In this document: piece by piece, positions 24,415 to 38,330 of the stretch
How positions within the stretch are numbered: the first letter of the stretch is position 1
Layout: each line of letters opens with the position of its first letter
Origin: Lama glama
Taxonomy: Eukaryota
Length of the DNA: 64,000 nt
Assembly: GCA_028534125.1 (NCBI GenBank)
Contig: CM052818.1
Coordinates: 38,008,001-38,072,000, forward strand
Direction of reading: 5' to 3'
Made by a program: the position numbers and the translations under genes
Notes under the pieces: generated by a model
The model's database searches: none
The model's input: only the letters and a program-made list of their open reading frames with translations
Told to the model about the DNA's origin: nothing

Positions 24415-25612
24415 TAAGTAAGGAACAAATACAGAGTTGGAAAAATGAGCCAAAAATCCTGCCAGAAGGCAGTGTATTAATCAACTATATGACAGAAAGT
24501 TTAAGTGACATAGAAGATAGGTCCAGAGTTCCATTAGATAGTTAATAGGATTTCCAGAAAAGAAAGAATATAATTGAGGTGAGATATAATACAAAAAAAA
24601 AAAAAAAAGGAAAATTGACTTTTCTACATTGTAGGGAAGGCATTAGCTTTTACATTGAAAAGAAACCAACAAACAAAACAGAGTTTCAAGGAAGACAAAG
24701 AGAAAAGGAAAAAAAAAAAGATGACATTTCAACATACCGAAGGGAAGTGAAATTTTAGAACTTCAATAAAATGTTAAAGCCAAAAACATGGTCAGAGGAA
24801 AAAGAATACATATTCAAACTAAAAAGATAAAACAAATCATTATTAGCATCATAGACGTTGGAAGATAGTTGTCTCTGTAAAGGTTTGACAGAAAATTATC
24901 TCAAACCTAAAACTGTATACCTATACAAGTAGCACTTAGGAAAGACCTAAGCTCAGATATTTTCACGTGGCCATGGTCATGAAAATGTTTTATGTATGCA
25001 TGCTCTTGGTTATATATTCCATCAAAATTAAAAATAAATCCAAGAATTAGAAAATATGGGATATAAGACTAAAGACATTAGTAACACAGTAAAGCTCGGT
25101 GACCTATAATACAAAACAAAAAAAACAAAAAAAACCCTTAAAATCAAATACCAAACGTAGGAAGCGACCAAGGAAGAAAAAGTCAGGTAAGTATAAGCAT
25201 GTGAAGTCTTCTGTCTTATCGAGGGGACAATGCAACTAAAATTTAATCCTGGATATTAATAAAAAATAAAAGGTTGAAAATGCATGTTAAAATGTTTATG
25301 ATAACCACTAGAGGGATAATTAGCATGTACAACTGTTATGCTGCCAGTAGGAGAAAATTTTAAAAATTAACCCCTGTTCATCTAAAATAAGACAGAGAAG
25401 AGGAAAGAAATTAACAACAAAACAAAACAGAGAAAAGTCAAATAACAAATACAAGATGGTAAAAGTAAACTGCATTCACCATAAATTTAAATAGATAAAT
25501 TCCTTATTAAACAAATAGCATCCAATCAACTAACAAAATACTATGTTCTAATAACAAGAATGAGACCTAAGATATGATTTAGCAGTGAGCACGTGGAAAT
25601 GGACAAGCAGGT

Positions 25613-25640
25613 TGTGTGTGTGTGTGTGTGTGTGTGTGTG
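25613..25640. repeat. (TG)14 microsatellite
   Basis: Perfect dinucleotide run. Confidence 0.95.
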
Positions 25641-28600
25641 CATACACACCAGGAAGAGACTAACAGTTAGAAAAAATGTATAGAAATTTTACTATAAAAA
25701 TTAAAATTCAACATGAAAAGTAATGAACAGAACAAATCGTTTAAATTCATCCAAGGATGATAAAACTGAATAAACAAACCTCTATTTAAAATATTGGAAA
25801 GTTGTCAATAACATGTCTCTAAAGTATCACTAAGCATACTTTTACTGCTGTGTTCTGCCACATTTTTTGGAAATAGTTTATACTTATGTATTAAAATTTC
25901 TCCAGATCCTCATTCCACTCACCCAGTTAATTACTGAGTACTATATTGATGGAAAGTTTCCCAACAAAACTTAAAAGATCAGCAAAACTGTGATATAAAA
26001 ACAAAATAAGACAGCACCAAAAGTTAAAAACTGTAAGTTAATATCCCTGAAAAAGATAGATGAAAAAATATTAAATAAAATACTACTAGGTAGAATTTAG
26101 GTGGAAAATCAAAGCATAAAATACAAAAAGCACAAAGAATTCTGCATTTGAGACCAAGTGGATTCAACCCAGTAATGTAAGCACGGGTCAATACTAGTAT
26201 AAAATCAAGAATAAACTAGGGTGTGGCTGGCGGTACAGCGGACAGATGGAAAACAAGAGAAAGTGAGTGGATCAGGAAGCAACAAGCCTAGGATGATCAC
26301 AGGGAAAACGTGAAATCCAGAGCATAGAGATCTGCCCTTCGGTAGGCAGCTCCCCCTCTGAGATTACAAGGCAAGAAATAACTGTGGCGAGAGCACAGGT
26401 AAGTTTCAAGTCTGAAGCCAAAAAGCTGGAAGTGGAGGGTGATCATGCAAAATCTGCCCACTTTCCCCCCAAAATTAAAAAGAAAATCTGTGTTGCAAAT
26501 TCTGCGACTGAGGTTTGAGTAGCGGGTTCCAAGTAGAATGACAAATGGTTAAAGTTGTTAAGGGAAACGGAAAAGGGATGCTGACAGATGTGAAGTGAAA
26601 GGATGGTCAGTATCACTGAGATTACAGATGAAACTGGGGGGATTCATTCACACGATTACTACTGTTATTAATCAGGGGCGATGCAAAAATTGCTATTTTT
26701 AAAGCTACCTGTAGTTCATGTGACTGACATTATTGTGAAATAGAAGGGAAAGCAGAATTATTCTTTAGCTTCATTCTCCTTTTGTTTAGGAAAAATATTT
26801 TAATGCGCTCATTGGATTTGCTAAAGCCTGGCGGTAAAAGGACCTGAGGCTGAGACAAAGAGGAGAAAAAATGGTCTCAACAATAAATTAGCTTCAAGGT
26901 AGGACGCTGTAGATTTGGGGGAGTTCATACAGAGAACCCTGGAATATGGCAAGAAGGACTCAGGAGGGAGCTGTGATCTGAGGGAGGGCCATGTTCTAGA
27001 ACACCCTATGTCCCACGTCATAGAAATTCCTGTCGAGGTCCCTGCGAAGAGGAAGGGATGGTGAAATTTAGGAGCTGTCATACATAATACCTATTTTTAA
27101 GATTTTCTTTCTGCATTCCGATTCCCTTATGTTATCCTCACACCTTAGAAATTAAACGTAACAACCTTCATTAGTGATGTCTTGGAAGTAAATTCTCCTA
27201 TACCTCTCTGAGTCCTAGGGGATGAAGTGGACCAGAAAAAGTTCAGAAACCACCAGAGGTGATTAGGAGAGAAAGGAGAGCCTAAGGTAAGATTAAAAGG
27301 TTGCAGGAAGTACTCTGGATTCGTTAGCTCCCCATCAAGGAAGCACAGAAATCTTAAGGGGATCCATGATAATTATAATAATTTAATAATTTCTGGTCAT
27401 GCAGAATGGGAGATTCAATATTTAAACAAAGTTTCAGAGAAAACGGGGATGCCAGAAGGTTGGAAACCTTGAAAGCTTTCAAGTTGTCTTTAGCAGGAAC
27501 GATACCAAAACATGGCATGACTTCCTTGGGTCCAAAGAACACATGTATTGTGTGGCTGACCATCCACGGAATCACGCACGTGGGAGATTAAGGAAAGGGC
27601 AACAGTTAATGAAGTTTCAACTGAATGTACGTTTTGGGACACTAAGTCGTGTCACCTCATAGCAAAGAGCGGGGAAGGAGGTGCTCCAACACCACCTGCG
27701 TAAACCCCTCCTTGGATACACAGTGGCTATTGCCTTACCTGAGGAAAGAACAATTTAATTATTTTCCCCAGTGCTGACTTCCTTGAAAGCTGTGTCTGGG
27801 AACCCAAACTATCAATTATACTACGGACACAGGCATCTCTATGCATTTTCCTTAGAATGAGACTTGGGTCTCTGCAGAGTCCCAGGGTTGATTGATTCTA
27901 AGTCTTGCCTATACTTAGAAGCCTCGATCTCTAGCTTAAGAATGTGAGTTAAGTAGGGATTTTATAGAAATGCTTTTTTTGGCTTTAGGAAATAAAACAT
28001 AAGAGACCCCCTGCCTCTTACAGTCTTCTGTAAATCTCCATCTCTAATTGTTCCCCTCCTTCAAAGCAAATTCCCATACACTTCATGCTGTATCAGTAAA
28101 GCCTCCAACAGGCATGTATCTAATTACCTCCACCATCCAGGAGCAGTTCAGAATGAAATGATCAGCAGTATTTGTTGTCACGTTGTCTCCGAGAGATGAC
28201 AGTTTATATCAAGTCACTCGGTGTCAAAAATCCGAGGGTGTGCCAAGGTGGAAATGTTAATTCCTCGGTTCCCAAAGGTGCAGGAACTTCCCTGCTCCAC
28301 AGGTGACTTAAATACATTTGCTGCTTGGAGAGAGGGATCTGGCCTACTCAGACAGCCAGGGTCTTTCTCACACGGCCACCCACCAGCTGACAGCGCAGCA
28401 GTGCACTTGCCCGAAGCTGTTTGCTGTGATTGTTCAGAGCCTCCTCCCTCGCTCCCTACCTGCTCTCTCTCTCTCCTATCCAGTCTCTGCCAACTCAGAG
28501 CTCCTGGCTCCACTCTTCAGTCCTGATACACTCCTGGCCTCTGGGCTTTCGGTCTACTTAGCATCCGAGGGGCAAACTTCCCTATCAAACTCCAGCCTGA

Positions 28601-29392
28601 ACCTGGCGCAGCCCATTCCTCCTACCCTACCTGGACTGCCGCATTCTCAGAAATCAAACTCTGGCTCTAGCAGTCTGTGTCGGGCCTTGGCCACATCCCC
28701 TAAGTCCCTGCAGGGGACCTGGGATGAAATTCAGGGTCATCCTTAACACAGGCAAAAATAAGGCAAGACAAAACAACCTGCCACAACACGAGCTGGGGAG
28801 TTACTCTCTTTCTGCCGTTCAGTACATCACTGTGACCCACTCTCAGGGAATGCAGGAGAACTACAGCCACCTTCTCCACTTAGAACTCCAGTCTCTGTCC
28901 TCTGGCGTGTCAGTGCTAGCTATACAAAGAAAATTAATCACTCCACCTGACCATCTCCCCTCCAACTTTGATTTCATATTTCCCATGCCATTTGGCAATT
29001 CCCTAATCCTGCTGTTCGTCCCATACCACCAAAACAGAAAGGGACATTGATAAAAACAAAGTGATCTACCAAGATAAGATAAGGAGAGAGGAATGATGCC
29101 CTTTGCACTTGCACCCTTTTGAACTTTCGGAGACGAGGGGAGGGGATATGAAATGCACAATGCCTGGCAACACTTACTCCTCCAATCTCCCCCTCACTCA
29201 TTTTCAGAAGTCAATTTCAAGTCAGGAAATCATCACAGATGAGATCTACCGTGTCTAAGCAGGTGCCCGCAATCTGTAGGCGACAACGTAGGGACTTCCA
29301 GATGACATTTCAGAGGGTGACATCAGCAATCAGCATATTAGGTATGCAATCTGACTATAGAAATCAGTGTTTGAAATTCAGCACGTTGCAGG

Positions 29393-29756
29393 TGTCTTCG
29401 TCTGTTCGGGCTGCAATGCCGGAGTGCCATAAACTGCGTGTCCAACAAACGACAGAAATGTATCTCCCACAGCTCTGAAGGCTGGAAGTCCAAGATCAAA
29501 GTGCCAGCAGATTGACTGTTTAGTGAGGGCTCACTTCCTGGTTCACAGACGGCTTTCTTTTCAATCACTTGGAGGACGGGGAAAGGGTGCGCCATGGGAT
29601 CTCTTTTGTAAGGACACTGATCCTACCCCTGAGGGCACCACCTTCAGGACCTAGTCACCTCCCAAGGTCTGCGCCTTCAGGTATCATTACAGTGAGGATT
29701 AGGTTTCAAAACACGAAATTTAGGGGCTGGGGGACACAAACATCCACAGCATAGCA
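29393..29756 (-). mobile_element. MaLR solo LTR (MLT1A-like)
   Basis: tgtcttcgtctgttcgggctgc...ggctggaagtccaagatcaaagtgccagcagatt...gacacaaacatccacagcatagca; flanks gcagg/gcaga fit a decayed 5-bp TSD. Confidence 0.88.
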
Positions 29757-30744
29757 GCAGAGGAGCCATCCTTGAGATCAGTTAATTCCTTTTTAATGGA
29801 GAGGGGTGCTCCTCTGTTACATAAGCTTTCAGTCCTTTCATATCACTCATACCAAGACACATATATTATGAGTGCTTAACAGATCATTGCTCCTTGCAGG
29901 GACTGAGCTGCATTTCCTGGCTGCTAATGCTTAGGCTATTTCTTCATTCTGGATTTTTTTTTCCCAGCCCCTTTGCCTCCTTCTACCTTACCACACGGCA
30001 CAAGTCAGTTTTCCCACCACCTATCAGTGAGTCGCCAGAAAATCGTCCCATGATCCATCTCTGAAGTTGGCCAGTAGGAGTTAACACTCCCTGCTTACCC
30101 CTCACCTCACTTCCCAGATAACTCAGCTTGGTCAGTATGGAGAGAGGCTTGAGGCAACGTGAGTGCCCCGTCACTCAGAGGTCGTGACATTCCTGACACG
30201 TGGTATAAGACGAGGATTTTTTCCTTCTGGCTTAAAATGATAAACAATACAAAAGCCAAAGAACAAGTTGGAAAAATAATACAGGGCATATTTTTCCTTC
30301 AGAGTGCACTTGATTTTTTCTAAAATGTACCGGGTAGCCTAAATCTGTGGTTTGCATGTGCTCAGCATTCTGAATTCATTGCTGTGGAAAATGGAGCTGA
30401 AATGACACAAGCAAAACACAGTTAGAGACAGCTTTTGCCACGTGCCTTTGGGCCACCCTCAGTGCCAACTGAATCACTTAGAAAACGTCTTATTGTCTGC
30501 TTCCTAAATCCGGTCATCTAAAAGTAATAGGGTATTGTCTTTTGCCCTTTGTGTTGTGAGGTTATCTAATTTCCATTCCCAGATGCACGTCACACTTGCT
30601 CTTTTTTTGTCTTTTAAAATAAATCTGTTGCCCAAAGCTAAATATACAGTACTTTGAACATGACAATGAGGCTATTTTTAATTTGTCCTTTCTTTTTAAT
30701 TATGCTGTTGGTGTTAGTTTGTAGGTGCAATTTGCAACATTCTT

Positions 30745-30762
30745 GCTGCCACCTAGAGGCAA
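30745..30762 (-). promoter_or_regulatory. Candidate CTCF site
   Basis: The reverse strand ttgCCTCTAGGTGGCagc closely matches the CTCF core CCACYAGRKGGC. Confidence 0.55.
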
Positions 30763-31719
30763 CCCTGAGCACCACCTGTGATGGGGTGGAGGGGTAGGTG
30801 TAGAACTGTTCATCTTGAATTAGAGGTTTGCTGCATTTCTAGCCCATTATTTGCCAGCATGGATATAAATGTGTTGAAAATATTTTTTTAAACAATACCT
30901 ACATCTTTATTTATTTCATGAAAATAAAAATATCTGCAAGATTCTCATAAAATCCATAAATAGAACCATCTCTGTAAACATAAAGAATTCACATGGGACA
31001 ATACAGGAGAAATCCAACACAAATGTGTTCCTAATCGTTTCCATAAGTAATAAAATCAGCATGTTTATGAAAAACCTAAATACATAATTGATCAAAGCAA
31101 TTTTCACAGTTAAAATTTATTAGCTATGGAAATAGCTGATGTGAAAAGGAAGGTTAAGAGGAAAAAAAATCTAAGGAAGTCTTTTAAAAAGTAATTCTCT
31201 CTCATCTTGACAACTATTACTAACTGCACTGAGCTAATTCTGAAATAACAGCCCAGAAAAGAAAAGCAGAAATGGAAACGGAGCTGCTCTTAGAAACCAT
31301 TTAACACCAAAAAAAAGAGGGAGGAAAGAATTTTTTAAAAAATATGGCAATAGAATCCCATAACCCTCTGAATCTTAGACCCAGCACCTGTGGGACCAAG
31401 GGAATGTTCTTTCTTTGGGAAGCTGGCCTCAAAGGAGAGATGCACTCACTTGAAGAATATGTCAGTGGTCTCTAAATAACTCCTTATGGATCAACCATTG
31501 ATTTTCTTAAATCTTCTATTTCCTGTTGCAGTATACATACCTCTTAGAGTAAAAGTCACTACTCGTAATGTGATAAGGAGCCGTGTGCCATTTTCAGTCT
31601 TTAAGAATTGCATCCCCTGGCCCTAAACCCCCAGAATTTTGAAACTCTTTCCCACAGTACATAATGACATTTGAGAGTGGGAGAGGGAACCTGTATTTCT
31701 GTGTATAATCCAAATTTTC

Positions 31720-31990
31720 AGTTTGTTTATTGAATAAACTAGCATTCATTAGGTGCCTACTGTGTTCCAGGACATGTGCTTGATACGAAGGACTAGAAGT
31801 AAATATGACATAGCCTTTACTTTTAGAAGAATACTTCCTCAGAGGGGTGACAGACGCAAAGGATACAACGCAATGTGATAAGGGCTGTGACAGAGGGAGG
31901 TACGGCACACTGGCGGCGCAAAGGACAGCGGTTACCTCTCCGCTGGGAAGAGCCCTGGAAGGCAAAGGGATAGGGAGAAAGGATAAACAT
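31720..31990 (-). mobile_element. L2 3' fragment
   Basis: 'gcattcattaggtgcctactgtgttccaggac'. Confidence 0.65.
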
Positions 31991-33859
31991 ACCAGGAAGA
32001 AGGGAGAACATTGTTTTAGCCATTTCCTAAGGTTCTTCCCTTCCTCTCCTTTTGTTTCTTGCAAACAAGAGATTTTTTTTTAAATGAAATAAAAAATAAA
32101 GTATCTTAGTAACAAAGTCTTGACAATATGAACGGGGACCCAGGGCTTGGAACTTTAATTGCCACGTGGAAGACTGTCATTAATAATTCATCGTTCATGC
32201 CCTCTCCAGCCCTACCACTTAAAAGGCAATACTCCAGAAAGGCACAGCACACCAAACCTTCCCCACCATCACACTTTTCCCACACAAAAGCAAGACTAAA
32301 AGAGACTTGATCAGCACCACAGGACTGTGAGGTGAACGTTACCTGAATGGACATCACCATCGTGTGAGTGCTCACATTTTTGCCAAACTACTAGATTCAG
32401 GTTTTTATCCCCAATTTGTATTTTTTCCCTCAGACTATATAATTTTAAAATTTTATCAGTGTTGAAATTAATTATAAACTATTATTATTTGTAACATTTC
32501 AGTTTGGGGAAACTAAACTACTTTCACCTAATAAATAAACTAGAACTAAGGAAAAAAATTTTATTTCAACAATCATGTTCTCAGAAATTTCTGTATACTT
32601 AAAACTATATGAGATGCTGTACTGTATCTCTGAATATATTTCTTCTCCATAAGGAGTGTTCAAGTTTATAGAGAGAAAAGAAAAAAATATTAGAGAACTA
32701 TACATAAAAGCAGATAGGTTTGGCACTGGGGAATTTTGAAATTGATGAATCTCATCATTAACATATTTGAATTCCCTGTTTGTACCATTTCCCAATTTCC
32801 TCAAATTATTTTCTCTCTCTTCATGATGCGTGATAATCTTCAGACTACCAATTAAAAAAGGCTGGTCAAAACTCTCAGTCTTTCTCACTGTGAGTGAGGG
32901 GATGAGTCAACACAGTGGAAGGTTTCATACGCTGTGCTTTCTAGCAGTATGTGAGTTTCAACTGAACCAACCAGAGAAAACACTGTTTACACCAAGGGAA
33001 TAACTGCTCCTCATGGGACTTGAAACATCATAGGCGACCACCCGTAGAGAAGGAGACCTCTGGAAATCCTGAAATCACTGGGGCATTGTCTTGCTGGCTA
33101 CTCCGTATGCGTATAATGCCTGTCTGAAAGCATAGGGTAAAAATGGTACATTTTACAATGTAGATTATAAAGCAAAGAAGATCAGGGAACAAACATATCA
33201 GTGAATCCGCAAATAGTTTGGAAAAGCTTCCTGCAAAAAAAAAGATCTGAATAATTCTTTAAGAAGGGATATGATTTGGACAAACAAAGAGGAAGGAAGA
33301 GCTGGGAAGAGAAAGGACATCCAGGTAGAGGAACAACAAACATAGTGAGCACCGCGGATACGGGGGACAACTTGCTTTTCAAGAGTAATTTAAATTAAAA
33401 CATATTAAGTTTCCCAGTAGCTTTTGTTAGATCTAGATGACTTTCAGACTCCTCAATGTAGATTTACTGCTTTTCTGAGAAAAAACGCAAAGGAAATTAA
33501 GCAAATGTTTTCCCGTATTAAAAATCTACCCAATGTACAAAACAGACAGAAACGCTTATGATATTTGATCATTTTCATGATTATCTACAAATACAGCATT
33601 TGATATACTGTAATAAAGTTTAAGAACTTGACTTGCTTTTGAATTATTAAAGTCTAATCCCAAAGCAGGATTTTAATTAAGAATGAGAATTGGAGAGTGT
33701 TTGGAATCAATTCTGGTGACTTCCTCCACAGACAACAGAAACAGCTTTGCAATATTTTGACCTTTTCCTAAAATCCCCCAGGCCCACTGATTTCTGACTG
33801 AGATCAGTCTACTTCAGATGTTGAGAATTCCTAACCAAGCATATTTCATTAAAAATGAT

Positions 33860-35710
33860 ATTCATATTTGAAAGAACATAAAATATCAAATATGCAAAAG
33901 TTTTGGTCTTCTTCTAGCATGTCAAGTCAGAAGTTTATTTTCACACTTTTTAAACTTTCTGTAAGTATTCAAGGCTATGAATTTTCCTCTGAGTTAAGAT
34001 TTAACTCTGTCCCATTGTTTATTAAATTATTGCTTTATGGACATTCTGAAATCTAAGAGTTTTTGTTTCTGTCTAAGCCAAGAGCATTTGAGATAGATTT
34101 TGATTAACTACAGGTGTTTTTTATATCTTGTTATCGTGTCTAATTTTATTGCACTAGAATCACAAAGATGTATTATTTTCTACATTATTTCTCATGTTTG
34201 GATGTATAGAGGCCTTCTTTATAGTCTAGAAAAATTGTTTTAAATGTCACATGGGTATGTGCTACGTTTTTAAGGTAAAGAGTTCTATATATATATTTAC
34301 TTGCTTAAGTTGTTAAGGAATACCATATCCTTAAATGTGTTTTTGTCCATTTGCCCAATCTAGGTCTGAGAGCAGTGAATAGAAGTCTCTGATTATTTTA
34401 AATGCTATTTTGGTATCTCCCATAATTTCTGATGAAAGTTACTGCTATACAATTTGGTGCACGGGTGTTCATAACTGTTATATCTGTGCTGTGAATTATA
34501 TCATGTCACACTTTAAACTGTTTTTCCTTGGGTCAGAAAATGTGGTTTGACCTGAATTCTACCTCACCTGAAGTTAAGACCAAGCAAGACCTCTCTTTGT
34601 GTTTTCACGATCTGGTGTATCTTTATAGCTTTTATCTACTAACCTTTTTTTTGTTCTTGTTGTTTGCGTTTTGTTCTTTCGAGTCACCCTGTTTTAAGTG
34701 TGTCATACAAATTTAGTTTTTCTTTGTAATTCTACGTATAGGTCCTTTTCCTTTGAACAAGTGAAGTTAGCTCATTTATAATATTCATTAATATGACACG
34801 TTTTCTTTTACTTTCATATTAATTTCGTGTTTCCCTATTTGTGTTTATTCGTGAAGTGTGTTTTCTTTGTATTTTATATAGTTCTGCTGATATTTATAAG
34901 GGTTATAGTATTTTAGATGATAAAGATTGCTTAACTTTAGGATATATTTTTATGTAATAGTTTTGCCCTTCTTTTTATACAGAACCTTCTCTTAATTAAA
35001 ATACTAGGAGAAACAACATCTCTTAATTAAACTATTAAGAAAATTTGACCTTGGGTCAAATTTATTTATAGTTTTTAAATTTGAAGAAAAGTTTGGTTGC
35101 ACTTAAATATCTTGGCCCACTTCTTCTGGGATATATTTTAAGTGTTGCTTCATTGTTTCCTGGTATTAAATATTACCATCAAGAAATCTGTTGAAAATCT
35201 TATTTTATTTCCCTTAAAATAATAGTGACCATTAATTTTTGTCCAAACTACATTTTAAGAGTGAAAGAGGCCACTATTTATATTGATTGATGTTTATGAA
35301 ACTACAGACAAACTGGAATTATCCCAAGGTAGCTGGGCCATATGGTCTCCCCACCTGCACATGGCATAAACTTTTAGTTCGGATGCCTCAAATAGCCTTT
35401 TTTTTTCATCATATGACCTATGATATTCTTTATATTACCCTCCTTACATTTGTCATCCCTCTAAATAAAGATCTTTTTCTTTCATTCATTTTCACCTAAA
35501 TGATGTTTCTCTTGACAATTCTTAATTTTTTTCTTTGTGACCTTTCCATTATATTTCAGAAACATTTTTCTTGAATTATACTTTTAAATATATATGTTTT
35601 GTTTCTTTTTTCTCTAGTTTTCTTCATTCTCCTGTACTCTATAGCCATCATTTTCCCCTCTACTTTCTCTATTTCTCACTCATGTTCTTTCATTTTTAGT
35701 GTGTCTATAT
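33860..35710 (-). mobile_element. Old L1 remnant (antisense, T-rich); continues at ~38330-39300 beyond the MaLR
   Basis: 'ttcaaggctatgaattttcctctgag', 'tctaattttattgcactag', 'tgagagcagtgaatagaagtctc', 'ttcattgtttcctggtatt...agaaatctg'. Confidence 0.65.
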
Positions 35711-35716
35711 TGTTCA

Positions 35717-38330
35717 TGAGGTAAACCGCTAAACCATGGTTCTCAATCAGTCATGTTTCCAGACATCCCCACACTTTTATAGAATCCCTTCTATACCGAT
35801 TTTGACTTCCCTTGTGACTTGCTTTGGCCGACAGGACATGAGCAAATGTGGTAAATGTAGGGGCTTCAGAAACACTTGCACGTAGGAGCCTGCCCTTTTG
35901 AAATGATACCATCCCCACGTAAAAAAGCCTAGTTTAAAGTTCTTGGGAATGAAAGACCACACACAGAGAAAGGCTCAGCCGTCTCAGCGTAGCATAGCTC
36001 CCAGCCAATTCAACAGCTAAATTCAGCCATAGGAGTGAAACCAGTATAAGTGTGCTATTGGGCACACCCAACCCCCAGCATCATGAGCAACATTAGCTCA
36101 TTGTTTTAAGTCACAGAATCGCAGGGTTGTTGTTAGGCATCATTAGATAACCGACAGAGAAATTGTTGCCTAGAAATGCAGTGTGGCTGTAACAAAACCC
36201 AAAACACGTGGCATTGGCTTTGGAACTGGGCAGCAGATGGAGGCTTGAGAAGTGGGAGGAGTCTGTTGGCAAGGGCTGAAGGAATGGCAAAGAAATTGTT
36301 GGCAGAGGCTTGAAAATGAGTTGAGGCAATCATTAGTGTGGGGAAGATGGCAGCCCATATTTCATAATAGCAAAACAGTTGGCAAACCTGTCAAGTGCTG
36401 GTACACAGAGGACAGAATTGTACCTGATGAACTAGTGGCTCTGACTAAGGCGCTTTCCCGGCAGGATGTTTAAAGTGCCAACTGGCTTCTTTTGGGTGCA
36501 TATGGTAAGGCATAGGAAGAGAGAAGCTAAGGAGAGAGCTGTTCAGTTTGCAAGAGGAATTTAGACATGAAGAAGAGGCAGAACCTTCTGGGCTGGAAAA
36601 TAAAACGACTTCACATTTCCAGACTTTCTAGTTGGCAGAACAGTCTCAGTATGATACATGGCCTTGGGGTAAAGAACAGATCAAGAATATTGATGTAAAG
36701 CCCCTTTACAGCCCTCAGAACAATTTAAAATGACCCTCAGCAGACACTCTCAGCTAAGCAGAAGAGCTTCTAGGACTTTCAGAAACACTATTCCACAGGA
36801 TCCTGAAACACACAACTCGAGTGAGTTCTGACTTACAGGAGTTATGGCTGTGAGCCCGAGGCACGGAGTGAATGCCAGCCACATTTCACAGGAAAACATT
36901 AGAATGCTTAAGGTAGTTGTATCAGTCTGGACTAAAAACAGAGACAGTTTAAAATGAAAAGAGGACTCTGGGCCACTTTCTACATACAGAAAACACATTG
37001 ATAAAGCTACTCATTTATTTCTTAGAAAAAAAAAGAAATCTCTATGACATCTGAGCTGGGAGCACACAGGACAGAGACAAGAATCATGTGCCAACAATGG
37101 ATTAGAAAGCCACTCCAGGGAGCAGGAGGAAATCTTAATCAAGGAATATTCCTTGCCCCCCAGTAAGAGTTCCTGACAACATACGCTAAGCTGGACTTCA
37201 GAACTGTGGTGGACTGTTGACCACAATAAACTTCCAGTTCTTTTCCTTTTCAAGTGACAGTGTCTACTGTGGTTACATGGTTCCTGTCTCATCATTCTGT
37301 GTTGGTTCTAGGGGGGAAGGTAGGTAATCTGTGTTTCTGGATCGACAAGAGCTACATCCAAAGAGCTATACCTGAGGATTATTTCCTGTATCCAGACCTA
37401 ATGCACAAAATCACAGCCTTTGAGCCTGAATGGACTTCAACATAACTCACCAGGGCCAGATAGCAGATGGTGGTATACTGTTACATCAATGGCCCTCAGC
37501 GAACCACACCTCCCTCTAGTCCCCTATTTAGACTCCTCTCTCCTTGACTCTGAGCTTGGCCATGTGATTTTTGTTTTTGTTTTGTTTTGATTTGTCATTG
37601 GGACACCAGGAAATACAACACAAGCAGGGGATTAAAAAATACTTGCAGAAGTAAGCCAGAAAGAGAAAGAAAAATACCATATGAGATCGCTCATATGTGG
37701 AATCTAAAAAAACGAAAAACAAAAAACAAAAACAAACAAAGCATAAATACAGAACAGAAATAGACTCAGAGACATAGAATACAGACTTGTGGTTGCCAAG
37801 GGGGTAGGGGGGTGGGAAGAGATAGACTGGGATTTCAAAATTATAGAATAGATAAACAAGATTATACTGTATAGCACAGGGAAATATATACAAGATCTTA
37901 TGGTAGCTCATAGAGAAAGGAATGTGACAATGAATATATATATGTTCATGTATAATTGAAAAATTGTGCTCTACACTGGAATTTGACACAACATTGTGAA
38001 ATGATTATAAATCAATAAAAAAAGTTAAAAAAAAAAGTACTTGCATATTTGGACTTTAACTTTTTAAATGTTGCCATTCCCATTTCAAGAAGCCTGGAAT
38101 CACCGATGGTGAAAAAACCACAGAGAGAGGAGATCAATTTGACCAGCCAATCTCTTGGTCCCAGCCCCTAGACAACACATCAGCTGAATGCACCTACGTG
38201 AGGAGCCCAGTCAAGACCCGCAAAAGAACTGCTCAGCCAACCCACCAAGTTGCAGGAAGAAAATACATAATCATTATTCCAGATCCCTAAGATTTGAGAT
38301 GGTTTATCATATGATAATAGATTACAGAAT
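35717..38330 (+). mobile_element. MaLR provirus LTR-int-LTR (MLT1G/H-like)
   Basis: 5' LTR ~35717-36157 ends 'tagataaccgaca'. The internal part starts 'gaaattgttgcctagaaatgcagtgtggctgtaacaaaacccaaaacacgtggcattggctttggaactgg'. The 3' LTR ~37468-38330 shares phrases with the 5' LTR (acttgca, aagcct, accaca..gaga, cagctgaatgca). Confidence 0.8.
37648..38031 (+). mobile_element. Young 5'-truncated L1 3' end inserted in the MaLR 3' LTR
   Basis: L1 3' UTR with aataaa and an A tail; 14-bp TSD aaaaa(a/g)tacttgca at 37634-37647 and 38032-38045; tt/aaaa endonuclease site. Confidence 0.93.

Larger units (their letters stand above)
23430..26200 (+). mobile_element. Very old L1 (L1ME/L1M): ORF1 and ORF2 remnants, interrupted by an LTR
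   Basis: ORF1-like 'gaagataggtccaga...taataggatttccagaa' and 'aaacctaaaactgtatacc' (PRILYP-like). RT-like 'gaccaagtggattcaacccagtaatgtaagcacgggtcaata' (DQVGFIPGMQGWFN-like). Confidence 0.65.

Noticed and set aside
27884..27931. Pre-miRNA-like hairpin (ttctaagt...acttagaa)
   Set aside because: Only 8 contiguous Watson-Crick pairs, too short, and no recognisable mature miRNA.
37528..37989. 153-aa ORF
   Set aside because: Antisense L1 3' UTR.
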